DNA of 64,000 bases from Auanema rhodensis (taxonomy: Eukaryota; Animalia; Nematoda): positions 186,001 to 250,000 of the forward strand of contig OZ059900.1 in the NCBI GenBank assembly GCA_964057225.1, in the 5' to 3' direction. Under the pieces are notes generated by a model. It ran no database searches. It saw nothing but the letters and a program-made list of their open reading frames with translations, and was not told the origin of the DNA. The stretch's first letter is position 1; each line of letters opens with the position of its first letter. Shown here in pieces: positions 43,091 to 57,200 of the stretch. A program made the position numbers and the translations under genes.

Positions 43091-46000
43091 GTGTAGTAAT
43101 GCTATTTGAGCGAAATTTAGTGATTTAAACATTATTAGTGTTTAATTAATGACTTTTGTTGTCATAGACAATAAAACTATGCTTCTGATCATATATATGA
43201 GCGATTTAGCCAAATTAGACTCAAAACTCGTAAATTTCAAAAATTCTTTCTATTTTCGACCTTTTTTGATCAAAATGAATATATATCAGTGCAAGCTCAT
43301 AAAAATAGACTGATTTTGTGTATTGTATGTTTGATTCTCAAATCTTAACGAATATGATCAAAATTTACAAGTATTACAGATTTTGTACCAAAAATCGGTG
43401 AGTATATGGTGTTAAAGGCATAAAAACGACCATACTTAGTGTAGTAATGCTATTTGAGCGAAAATCAGTATTTAAACATCACTAGCGTTTAATTGATGAT
43501 TTTTGTTGTCATAGACAATAAAACTATGCTTCTGATCATATATATGAGCGATTTAGCCAAATTAGACTCAAAACTCGGAAATTTCAAAAATTCTTTCTAT
43601 TTTCGACCTTTTTTGATCAAAATGAATAAATATCAGTGCAAACTCATAAAAATAGACTTATTTCGTGTATTATGTGTTTGATTCTCGAATCTTAACGAAT
43701 ATGATCAAAATTTACAAGTATTACAGATTTTGTACCAAAAATCGGTGAGTATATGGTGTTAAAGGCATAAAAACGACCATACTTAGTGTAGTAATGCTAT
43801 TTGAGCGAAATTTAGTGATTTAAACATTATTAGTGTTTAATTAATGACTTTTGTTGTCATAGACAATAAAACTATGCTTCTGATCATATATATGAGCGAT
43901 TTAGCCAAATTAGACTCAAAACTCGTAAATTTCAAAAATTCTTTCTATTTTCGACCTTTTTTGATCAAAATGAATATATATCAGTGCAAGCTCATAAAAG
44001 TAGACTGATTTTGTGTATTGTATGTTTGATTCTCAAATCTTAACGAATATGATCAAAATTTACGAGTGTTACAGATTTTGTACCAAAAATCGGTGAGTAT
44101 ATGGTGTTAAAGGCATAAAAACGACCATACTTAGTGTAGTAATGCTATTTGAGCGAAATTCAGTATTAAAACATCACTAGCGTTTAATTGAAGACTTTTG
44201 TTGTTATAGACAATAGAACTATGCTTTTGATCATATATATGAGCGATTTAGCCAAATTGGACTCAAAACTCGGAAATTTCAAAAATTCTTTCTATTTTCG
44301 ACCTTTTTTGATCAAAATGAATAAATATCAGTGCAAACTCATAAAAATAGACTTATTTCGTGTATTATGTGTTTGATTCTCGAATCTTAACGAATATGAT
44401 CAAAATTTACAAGTATTACAGATTTTGTACCAAAAATCGGTGAGTATATGGTGTTAAAGGCATAAAAACGACCATACTTAGTGTAGTAATGCTATTTGAG
44501 CGAAATTTAGTGATTTAAACATTATTAGTGTTTAATTAATGACTTTTGTTGTCATAGACAATAAAACTATGCTTCTGATCATATATATGAGCGATTTAGC
44601 CAAATTAGACTCAAAACTCGTAAATTTCAAAAATTCTTTCTATTTTCGACCTTTTTTGATCAAAATGAATATATATCAGTGCAAGCTCATAAAAATAGAC
44701 TGATTTTGTGTATTGTATGTTTGATTCTCAAATCTTAACGAATATGATCAAAATTTACAAGTATTACAGATTTTGTACCAAAAATCGGTGAGTATATGGT
44801 GTTAAAGGCATAAAAACGACCATACTTAGTGTAGTAATGCTATTTGAGCGAAAATCAGTATTTAAACATCACTAGCGTTTAATTGATGATTTTTGTTGTC
44901 ATAGACAATAAAACTATGCTTCTGATCATATATATGAGCGATTTAGCCAAATTAGACTCAAAACTCGGAAATTTCAAAAATTCTTTCTATTTTCGACCTT
45001 TTTTGATCAAAATGAATAAATATCAGTGCAAACTCATAAAAATAGACTTATTTCGTGTATTATGTGTTTGATTCTCGAATCTTAACGAATATTATCAAAA
45101 TTTACAAGTATTACAGATTTTGTACCAAAAATCGGTGAGTATATGGTGTTAAAGGCATAAAAACGACCATACTTAGTGTAGTAATGCTATTTGAGCGAAA
45201 TTTAGTGATTTAAACATTATTAGTGTTTAATTAATGACTTTTGTTGTCATAGACAATAAAACTATGCTTCTGATCATATATATGAGCGATTTAGCCAAAT
45301 TAGACTCAAAACTCGTAAATTTCAAAAATTCTTTCTATTTTCGACCTTTTTTGATCAAAATGAATATATATCAGTGCAAGCTCATAAAAGTAGACTGATT
45401 TTGTGTATTGTATGTTTGATTCTCAAATCTTAACGAATATGATCAAAATTTACGAGTGTTACAGATTTTGTACCAAAAATCGGTGAGTATATGGTGTTAA
45501 AGGCATAAAAACGACCATACTTAGTGTAGTAATGCTATTTGAGCGAAATTCAGTATTAAAACATCACTAGCGTTTAATTGAAGACTTTTGTTGTTATAGA
45601 CAATAGAACTATGCTTTTGATCATATATATGAGCGATTTAGCCAAATTGGACTCAAAACTCGGAAATTTCAAAAATTCTTTCTATTTTCGACCTTTTTTG
45701 ATCAAAATGAATAAATATCAGTGCAAACTTGTAAAAATAGACTTATTTCGTGTATTATGTGTTTGATTCTCGAATCTTAACGAATATGATCAAAATTTAC
45801 AAGTATTACAGATTTTGTACCAAAAATCGGTGAGTATATGGTGTTAAAGGCATAAAAACGACCATACTTAGTGTAGTAATGCTATTTGAGCGAAATTTAG
45901 TGATTTAAACAATATTAGTGTTTAATTAATGACTTTTGTTGTCATAGACAATAAAACTATGCTTCTGATCATATATATGAGCGATTTAGCCAAATTAGAC

Positions 46001-46560
46001 TCAAAACTCGTAAATTTCAAAAATTCTTTCTATTTTCGACCTTTTTTGATCAAAATGAATATATATCAGTGCAAGCTCATAAAAATAGACTGATTTTGTG
46101 TATTGTATGTTTGATTCTCAATTCTTAACGAATATGATCAAAATTTACGAGTATTACAGATTTTGTACCAAAAATCGGTGAGTATATGGTGTTAAAGGCA
46201 TAAAAACGACCATACTTAGTGTAGTAATGCTATTTGAGCGAAATTCAGTATTAAAACATCACTAGCGTTTAATTGAAGACTTTTGTTGTTATAGACAATA
46301 GAACTATGCTTTTGATCATATATATGAGCGATTTAGCCAAATTGGACTCAAAACTCGGAAATTTCAAAAATTCTTTCTATTTTCGACCTTTTTTGATCAA
46401 AATGAATAAATATCAGTGCAAACTTGTAAAAATAGACTTATTTCGTGTATTATGTGTTTGATTCTCGAATCTTAACGAATATGATCGAAATTTACAAGTA
46501 TTACAGATTTTGTACCAAAAATCGGTGAGTATATGGTGTTAAAGGCATAAAAACGACCAT
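40680..46560 (+). repeat. Run of 695-bp dimeric higher-order repeats (347+348)
   Basis: ORF starts 40713, 41408, 42103, 42798, 43493, 44188, 44883, 45578 and 46273 are each 695 bp apart. Alternate monomers carry TTTAGTGATTTAAACATTATTAG. Confidence 0.92.
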
Positions 46561-49500
46561 ACTTAGTGTAGTAATGCTATTTGAGTGAAATTCAGTGATT
46601 TAATCATTACTAGTGTATATTTGAAGACTTTTGTTATCATAGACAGTAAAACTATGCTTTTGATCATATATATGAGCGATTTAGCCCAATTGGACTCAAA
46701 ACTCGGAAAATTCAAAAATTCTTTCTATTTTCGACCTTTTTCGATCAAAATGAATAAATATCAGTGCAAACTCGTGAAAATAAACTCATTTCGTGTATTG
46801 TGTGTTTGATTCTCGAATCTTAACGAATATGATCAAAATTTACGAGTATCACAGATTTTGTACCAAAAATCGGTGAGTATATGGTGTTGAAGGTATAAAA
46901 ACGACCATACTTAGTGTAGTAATGCTATTTGAGCGAAAATCAGTATTTAAACATCATTAGTGTTTAATTAATGACTTTTGTTGTCATAGACAATAAAACT
47001 ATGCTTCTGATCATATATATGAGCGATTTAGCCAAATTAGACTCAAAACTCGTAAATTTCAAAAATGCTTTCTATTTTCGACCTTTTTTGATCAAAATGA
47101 ATAAATATCAGTGCAAACTTGTAAAAATGAACTTAATTCGTGTATTGTGTGTTTGATTCTTGAATCTTAACGAATATGATCAAAATTTACGAGTATCACA
47201 GATTTTGTACCAAAAATCGGTGAGTATATGGTGTTAAAGGCATAAAAACGACCATCCTTAGTGTAGTAATGCTATTTGAGCGAAATTCAGTATTAAAACA
47301 TCACTAGCGTTTAATTGATGACTTTTGTTGTTATAGACAATAAAACTATGCTTTTGATCATATATATGAGCGATTTAGCCAAATTGGACTCAAAACTCGG
47401 AAATTTCAAAAATTCTTTCTATTTTCGATCTTTTTTGATCAAAATGAATAAATATCAGTGCAAACTTGTAAAAATAGACTTATTTCGTGTATTATGTGTT
47501 TGATTCTTGAATCTTAACGAATATGATCAAAATTTACAAGTATTACAGATTTTGTACCAAAAATCGGTGAGTATATGGTGTTAAAGGCATAAAAACGACC
47601 ATACTTAGTGTAGTAATGCTATTTGAGCGAAAATCAGTATTTAAACATCACTAGCGTTTAATTAATGACTTTTGTTGTTATAGACAATAAAACTATGCTT
47701 CTGATCATATATATGAGCGATTTAGCCAAATTAGACTCAAAACTCGTAAATTTCAAAAATTCTTTCTATTTTCGACCTTTTTTGATCAAAATGAATAAAT
47801 ATCAGTGCAAACTTGTAAAAATGAACTTAATTCGTGTATTGTGTGTTTGATTCTTGAATCTTAACGAATATGATCAAAATTTACGAGTATCACAGATTTT
47901 GTACCAAAAATCGGTGAGTATATGGTGTTAAAGGCATAAAAACGACCATCCTTAGTGTAGTAATGCTATTTGAGCGAAATTCAGTATTAAAACATCACTA
48001 GCGTTTAATTGATGACTTTTGTTGTTATAGACAATAAAACTATGCTTTTGATCATATATATGAGCGATTTAGCCAAATTGGACTCAAAACTCGGACATTT
48101 CCAAAATTCTTTCTATTTTCGACCTTTTTTGATCAAAATGAATAAATATCAGTGCAAACTCATAAAAATAGACTTATTTCGTGTATTATGTGTTTGATTC
48201 TCGAATCTTAACGAATATGATCAAAATTTACAAGTATTACAGATTTTGTACCAAAAATCGGTGAGTATATGGTGTTAAAGGCATAAAAACGACCATACTT
48301 AGTGTAGTAATGCTATTTGAGCGAAATTTAGTGATTTAAACATTATTAGTGTTTAATTAATGACTTTTGTTGTCATAGACAATAAAACTATGCTTCTGAT
48401 CATATATATGAGCGATTTAGCCAAATTAGACTCAAAACTCGTAAATTTCAAAAATTCTTTCTATTTTCGACCTTTTTTGATCAAAATGAATATATATCAG
48501 TGCAAGCTCATAAAAGTAGACTGATTTTGTGTATTGTATGTTTGATTCTCAAATCTTAACGAATATGATCAAAATTTACGAGTGTTACAGATTTTGTACC
48601 AAAAATCGGTGAGTATATGGTGTTAAAGGCATAAAAACGACCATACTTAGTGTAGTAATGCTATTTGAGCGAAATTCAGTATTAAAACATCACTAGCGTT
48701 TAATTGAAGACTTTTGTTGTTATAGACAATAGAACTATGCTTTTGATCATATATATGAGCGATTTAGCCAAATTGGACTCAAAACTCGGAAATTTCAAAA
48801 ATTCTTTCTATTTTCGACCTTTTTTGATCAAAATGAATAAATATCAGTGCAAACTTGTAAAAATAGACTTATTTCGTGTATTATGTGTTTGATTCTCGAA
48901 TCTTAACGAATATGATCAAAATTTACAAGTATTACAGATTTTGTACCAAAAATCGGTGAGTATATGGTGTTAAAGGCATAAAAACGACCATACTTAGTGT
49001 AGTAATGCTATTTGAGCGAAATTTAGTGATTTAAACATTATTAGTGTTTAATTAATGACTTTTGTTGTCATAGACAATAAAACTATGCTTCTGATCATAT
49101 ATATGAGCGATTTAGCCAAATTAGACTCAAAACTCGTAAATTTCAAAAATTCTTTCTATTTTCGACCTTTTTTGATCAAAATGAATATATATCAGTGCAA
49201 GCTCATAAAAATAGACTGATTTTGTGTATTGTATGTTTGATTCTCAATTCTTAACGAATATGATCAAAATTTACGAGTATTACAGATTTTGTACCAAAAA
49301 TCGGTGAGTATATGGTGTTAAAGGCATAAAAACGACCATACTTAGTGTAGTAATGCTATTTGAGCGAAATTCAGTATTAAAACATCACTAGCGTTTAATT
49401 GAAGACTTTTGTTGTTATAGACAATAGAACTATGCTTTTGATCATATATATGAGCGATTTAGCCAAATTGGACTCAAAACTCGGAAATTTCAAAAATTCT

Positions 49501-51200
49501 TTCTAGATTCGACCTTTTTTGATCAAAATGAATAAATATCAGTGCAAACTTGTAAAAATAGACTTATTTCGTGTATTATGTGTTTGATTCTCGAATCTTA
49601 ACGAATATGATCGAAATTTACAAGTATTACAGATTTTGTACCAAAAATCGGTGAGTATATGGTGTTAAAGGCATAAAAACGACCATACTTAGTGTAGTAA
49701 TGCTATTTGAGTGAAATTCAGTGATTTAATCATTACTAGTGTATATTTGAAGACTTTTGTTATCATAGACAGTAAAACTATGCTTTTGATCATATATATG
49801 AGCGATTTAGCCCAATTGGACTCAAAACTCGGAAAATTCAAAAATTCTTTCTATTTTCGACCTTTTTTGATCAAAATGAATAAATATCAGTGCAAACTCG
49901 TGAAAATAAACTCATTTCGTGTATTGTGTGTTTGATTCTCGAATCTTAACGAATATGATCAAAATTTACGAGTATCACAGATTTTGTACCAAAAATCGGT
50001 GAGTATATGGTGTTGAAGGTATAAAAACGACCATACTTAGTGTAGTAATGCTATTTGAGCGAAAATCAGTATTTAAACATCATTAGTGTTTAATTAATGA
50101 CTTTTGTTGTCATAGACAATAAAACTATGCTTCTGATCATATATATGAGCGATTTAGCCAAATTAGACTCAAAACTCGTAAATTTCAAAAATGCTTTCTA
50201 TTTTCGACCTTTTTTGATCAAAATGAATAAATATCAGTGCAAACTTGTAAAAATGAACTTAATTCGTGTATTGTGTGTTTGATTCTTGAATCTTAACGAA
50301 TATGATCAAAATTTACGAGTATCACAGATTTTGTACCAAAAATCGGTGAGTATATGGTGTTAAAGGCATAAAAACGACCATCCTTAGTGTAGTAATGCTA
50401 TTTGAGCGAAATTCAGTATTAAAACATCACTAGCGTTTAATTGATGACTTTTGTTGTTATAGACAATAAAACTATGCTTTTGATCATATATATGAGCGAT
50501 TTAGCCAAATTGGACTCAAAACTCGGAAATTTCAAAAATTCTTTCTATTTTCGATCTTTTTTGATCAAAATGAATAAATATCAGTGCAAACTTGTAAAAA
50601 TAGACTTATTTCGTGTATTATGTGTTTGATTCTTGAATCTTAACGAATATGATCAAAATTTACAAGTATTACAGATTTTGTACCAAAAATCGGTGAGTAT
50701 ATGGTGTTAAAGGCATAAAAACGACCATACTTAGTGTAGTAATGCTATTTGAGCGAAAATCAGTATTTAAACATCACTAGCGTTTAATTAATGACTTTTG
50801 TTGTTATAGACAATAAAACTATGCTTCTGATCATATATATGAGCGATTTAGCCAAATTAGACTCAAAACTCGTAAATTTCAAAAATTCTTTCTATTTTCG
50901 ACCTTTTTTGATCAAAATGAATAAATATCAGTGCAAACTTGTAAAAATGAACTTAATTCGTGTATTGTGTGTTTGATTCTTGAATCTTAACGAATATGAT
51001 CAAAATTTACGAGTATCACAGATTTTGTACCAAAAATCGGTGAGTATATGGTGTTAAAGGCATAAAAACGACCATCCTTAGTGTAGTAATGCTATTTGAG
51101 CGAAATTCAGTATTAAAACATCACTAGCGTTTAATTGATGACTTTTGTTGTTATAGACAATAAAACTATGCTTTTGATCATATATATGAGCGATTTAGCC
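45000..51200 (+). repeat. Tandem 9-mer duplication (3126 bp)
   Basis: Pairs 45578/48704, 46585/49711, 46971/50097, 47315/50441 and 47665/50791 differ by 3126. The rare variant CTCAATTCTT is at about 46117/49243. Confidence 0.9.
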
Positions 51201-54200
51201 AAATTGGACTCAAAACTCGGAAATTTCAAAAATTCTTTCTATTTTCGACCTTTTTTGATCAAAATGAATATATATCAGTGCAAGCTCATAAAAATAGACT
51301 GATTTTGTGTATTGTGTGTTTGATTCTCAAATCTTAACAAATATGATCAAAATTTACGAGTATTACAGATTTTGTACCAAAAATCGGTGAGTATATGGTG
51401 TTAAAGGCATAAAAACGACCATACTTAGTGTAGTAATGCTATTTGAGCGAAAATCAGTATTTAAACATCACTAGCGTTTAATTGATGACTTTTGTTGTCA
51501 TAGACAACAAAACTATGCTTCTGATCATATATATGAGCGATTTAGCCAAATTAGACTCAAAACTCGGAAATTTCAAAAATTCTTTCTATTTTCGACCTTT
51601 TTTGATCAAAATGAATATATATCAGTGCAAGCTCATAAAAATAGACTGATTTCGTGTATTGTATGTTTGATTCTCAAATCTTAACGAATATGATCAAAAT
51701 TTACGAGTATTACAGATTTTGTACCAAAAATCGGTGAGTATATGGTGTTAAAGGCATAAAAACGACCATACTTAGTGTAGTTATGCTATTTGAGCGAAAT
51801 TCAGTATTTAAACATCACTAGCGTTTAATTGATGACTTTTGTTGTTATAGACAATAAAACTATGCTTTTGATCATATATATGAGCGATTTAGCCAAATTG
51901 GACTCAAAACTCGGACATTTCCAAAATTCTTTCTATTTTCGACCTTTTTTGATCAAAATGAATATATATCAGTGCAAACTCATAAAAATAGACTGATTTT
52001 GTGTATTGTGTGTTTGATTCTCAAATCTTAACAAATATGATCAAAATTTACAAGTATTAAAGATTTTGTACCAAAAATCGGTGAGTATATGGTGTTAAAG
52101 GCATAAAAACGACCATACTTAGTGTAGTAATGCTATTTGAGCGAAATTCAGTATTAAAACATCACTAGCGTTTAATTGATGACTTTTGTTGTTATAGACA
52201 ATAAAACTATGCTTTTGATCATATATATGAGCGATTTAGCCAAATTGGACTCAAAACTCGGACATTTCCAAAATTCTTTCTATTTTCGACCTTTTTTGAT
52301 CAAAATGAATATATATCAGTGCAAGCTCATAAAAATAGACTGATTTCGTGTATTGTATGTTTGATTCTCGAATCTTAACGAATATGATCAAAATTTACGA
52401 GTATTACAGATTTTGTACCAAAAATCGGTGAGTATATGGTGTTAAAGGCATAAAAACGACCATACTTAGTGTAGTAATGCTATTTGAGCGAAATTCAGTA
52501 TTTAAACATCACTAGCGTTTAATTGATGACTTTTGTTGCTATAGACAATAAAACTATGCTTTTGATCATATATATGAGCGATTTAGCCAAATTGGACTCA
52601 AAACTCGGAAATTTCAAAAATTCTTTCTATTTTCGACCTTTTTTGATCAAAATGAATATATATCAGTGCAAGCTCATAAAAATAGACTGATTTTGTGTAT
52701 TGTGTGTTTGATTCTCAAATCTTAACGAATATGATCAAAATTTACGAGTATTACAGATTTTGTACCAAAAATCGGTGAGTATATGGTGTTAAAGGCATAA
52801 AAACGACCATACTTAGTGTAGTAATGCTATTTGAGCGAAATTCAGTATTTAAACATCACTAGCGTTTAATTGATGACTTTTGTTGTTATAGACAATAAAA
52901 CTATGCTTTTGATCATATATATGAGCGATTTAGCCAAATTGGACTCAAAACTCGGACATTTCCAAAATTCTTTCTATTTTCGACCTTTTTTGATCAAAAT
53001 GAATATATATCAGTGCAAGCTCATAAAAATAGACTGATTTCGTGTATTGTATGTTTGATTCTCGAATCTTAACGAATATGATCAAAATTTACGAGTATTA
53101 CAGATTTTGTACCAAAAATCGGTGAGTATATGGTGTTAAAGGCATAAAAACGACCATACTTAGTGTAGTAATGCTATTTGAGCGAAATTCAGTATTTAAA
53201 CATCACTAGCGTTTAATTGATGACTTTTGTTGCTATAGACAATAAAACTATGCTTTTGATTATATATATGAGCGATTCAGCCAAATTGGACTCAAAACTC
53301 GGAAATTGAAAAAATTCTTTCTATTTTCGACCTTTTTTGATCAAAATGAATATATATCAGTGCAAGCTCATAAAAATAGACTGATTTTGTGTATTGTGTG
53401 TTTGATTCTCAAATCTTAACGAATATGATCAAAATTTACGAGTATTACAGATTTTGTACCAAAAATCGGTGAGTATATGGTGTTAAAGGCATAAAAACGA
53501 CCATACTTAGTGTAGTAATGCTATTTGAGCGAAATTCAGTATTAAAACATCACTAGCGTTTAATTGATGACTTTTGTTGTTATAGACAATAAAACTATGC
53601 TTTTGATCATATATATGAGCGATTTAGCCAAATTGGACTCAAAACTCGGAAATTTCAAAAATTCTTTCTATTTTCGACCTTTTTTGATCAAAATGAATAT
53701 ATATCAGTGCAAGCTCATAAAAATAGACTGATTTTGTGTATTGTGTGTTTGATTCTCAAATCTTAACAAATATGATCAAAATTTACGAGTATTACAGATT
53801 TTGTACCAAAAATCGGTGAGTATATGGTGTTAAAGGCATAAAAACGACCATACTTAGTGTAGTAATGCTATTTGAGCGAAAATCAGTATTTAAACATCAC
53901 TAGCGTTTAATTGATGACTTTTGTTGTCATAGACAACAAAACTATGCTTCTGATCATATATATGAGCGATTTAGCCAAATTAGACTCAAAACTCGGAAAT
54001 TTCAAAAATTCTTTCTATTTTCGACCTTTTTTGATCAAAATGAATATATATCAGTGCAAGCTCATAAAAATAGACTGATTTCGTGTATTGTATGTTTGAT
54101 TCTCAAGTCTTAACGAATATGATCAAAATTTACGAGTATTACAGATTTTGTACCAAAAATCGGTGAGTATATGGTGTTAAAGGCATAAAAACGACCATAC

Positions 54201-57200
54201 TTAGTGTAGTTATGCTATTTGAGCGAAATTCAGTATTTAAACATCACTAGCGTTTAATTGATGACTTTTGTTGTTATAGACAATAAAACTATGCTTTTGA
54301 TCATATATATGAGCGATTTAGCCAAATTGGACTCAAAACTCGGACATTTCCAAAATTCTTTCTATTTTCGACCTTTTTTGATCAAAATGAATATATATCA
54401 GTGCAAACTCATAAAAATAGACTGATTTTGTGTATTGTGTGTTTGATTCTCAAATCTTAACAAATATGATCAAAATTTACAAGTATTAAAGATTTTGTAC
54501 CAAAAATCGGTGAGTATATGGTGTTAAAGGCATAAAAACGACCATACTTAGTGTAGTAATGCTATTTGAGCGAAATTCAGTATTAAAACATCACTAGCGT
54601 TTAATTGATGACTTTTGTTGTTATAGACAATAAAACTATGCTTTTGATCATATATATGAGCGATTTAGCCAAATTGGACTCAAAACTTGGAAATTTCAAA
54701 AATTCTTTCTATTTTCGACCTTTTTTGATCAAAATGAATATATATCAGTGCAAGCTCATAAAAATAGACTGATTTTGTGTATTGTGTGTTTGATTCTCAA
54801 ATCTTAACGAATTTGATCAAAATTTACGAGTATTACAGATTTTGTACCAAAAATCGGTGAGTATATGGTGTTAAAGGCATAAAAACGACCATACTTAGTG
54901 TAGTAATGCTATTTGAGCGAAATTCAGTATTTAAACATCACTAGCGTTTAATTGATGACTTTTGTTGTTATAGACAATAAAACTATGCTTTTGATCATAT
55001 ATATGAGCGATTTAGCCAAATTGGACTCAAAACTCGGAAATTTCAAAAATTCTTTCTATTTTCGATCTTTTTTGATCAAAATGAATAAATATCAGTGCAA
55101 ACTTGTAAAAATAGACTTATTTCGTGTATTATGTGTTTGATTCTTGAATCTTAACGAATATGATCAAAATTTACAAGTATTACAGATTTTGTACCAAAAA
55201 TCGGTGAGTATATGGTGTTAAAGGCATAAAAACGACCATACTTAGTGTAGTAATGCTATTTGAGCGAAAATCAGTATTTAAACATCACTAGCGTTTAATT
55301 AATGACTTTTGTTGTTATAGACAATAAAACTATGCTTCTGATCATATATATGAGCGATTTAGCCAAATTAGACTCAAAACTCGTAAATTTCAAAAATTCT
55401 TTCTATTTTCGACCTTTTTTGATCAAAATGAATAAATATCAGTGCAAACTTGTAAAAATGAACTTAATTCGTGTATTGTGTGTTTGATTCTTGAATCTTA
55501 ACGAATATGATCAAAATTTACGAGTATCACAGATTTTGTACCAAAAATCGGTGAGTATATGGTGTTAAAGGCATAAAAACGACCATCCTTAGTGTAGTAA
55601 TGCTATTTGAGCGAAATTCAGTATTAAAACATCACTAGCGTTTAATTGATGACTTTTGTTGTTATAGACAATAAAACTATGCTTTTGATCATATATATGA
55701 GCGATTTAGCCAAATTGGACTCAAAACTCGGAAATTTCAAAAATTCTTTCTATTTTCGACCTTTTTTGATCAAAATGAATATATATCAGTGCAAGCTCAT
55801 AAAAATAGACTGATTTTGTGTATTGTGTGTTTGATTCTCAAATCTTAACAAATATGATCAAAATTTACGAGTATTACAGATTTTGTACCAAAAATCGGTG
55901 AGTATATGGTGTTAAAGGCATAAAAACGACCATACTTAGTGTAGTAATGCTATTTGAGCGAAATTCAGTATTTAAACATCACTAGCGTTTAATTGATGAC
56001 TTTTGTTGTTATAGACAATAAAACTATGCTTTTGATCATATATATGAGCGATTTAGCCAAATTGGACTCAAAACTCGGAAATTTCAAAAATTCTTTCTAT
56101 TTTCGATCTTTTTTGATCAAAATGAATAAATATCAGTGCAAACTTGTAAAAATAGACTTATTTCGTGTATTATGTGTTTGATTCTTGAATCTTAACGAAT
56201 ATGATCAAAATTTACAAGTATTACAGATTTTGTACCAAAAATCGGTGAGTATATGGTGTTAAAGGCATAAAAACGACCATACTTAGTGTAGTAATGCTAT
56301 TTGAGCGAAAATCAGTATTTAAACATCACTAGCGTTTAATTAATGACTTTTGTTGTTATAGACAATAAAACTATGCTCTTGATCATATATATGAGCGATT
56401 TAGCCAAATTGGACTCAAAACTCGGACATTTCCAAAATTCTTTCTATTTTCGACCTTTTTTGATCAAAATGAATATATATCAGTGCAAGCTCATAAAAGT
56501 AGACTGATTTTGTGTATTGTATGTTTGATTCTCAAATCTTAACGAATATGATCAAAATTTACGAGTGTTACAGATTTTGTACCAAAAATCGGTGAGTATA
56601 TGGTGTTAAAGGCATAAAAACGACCATACTTAGTGTAGTAATGCTATTTGAGCGAAATTCAGTATTAAAACATCACTAGCGTTTAATTGAAGACTTTTGT
56701 TGTTATAGACAATAGAACTATGCTTTTGATCATATATATGAGCGATTTAGCCAAATTGGACTCAAAACTCGGAAATTTCAAAAATTCTTTCTATTTTCGA
56801 CCTTTTTTGATCAAAATGAATAAATATCAGTGCAAACTTGTAAAAATAGACTTATTTCGTGTATTATGTGTTTGATTCTCGAATCTTAACGAATATGATC
56901 GAAATTTACAAGTATTACAGATTTTGTACCAAAAATCGGTGAGTATATGGTGTTAAAGGCATAAAAACGACCATACTTAGTGTAGTAATGCTATTTGAGT
57001 GAAATTCAGTGATTTAATCATTACTAGTGTATATTTGAAGACTTTTGTTATCATAGACAGTAAAACTATGCTTTTGATCATATATATGAGCGATTTAGCC
57101 CAATTGGACTCAAAACTCGGAAAATTCAAAAATTCTTTCTATTTTCGACCTTTTTTGATCAAAATGAATAAATATCAGTGCAAACTCGTGAAAATAAACT

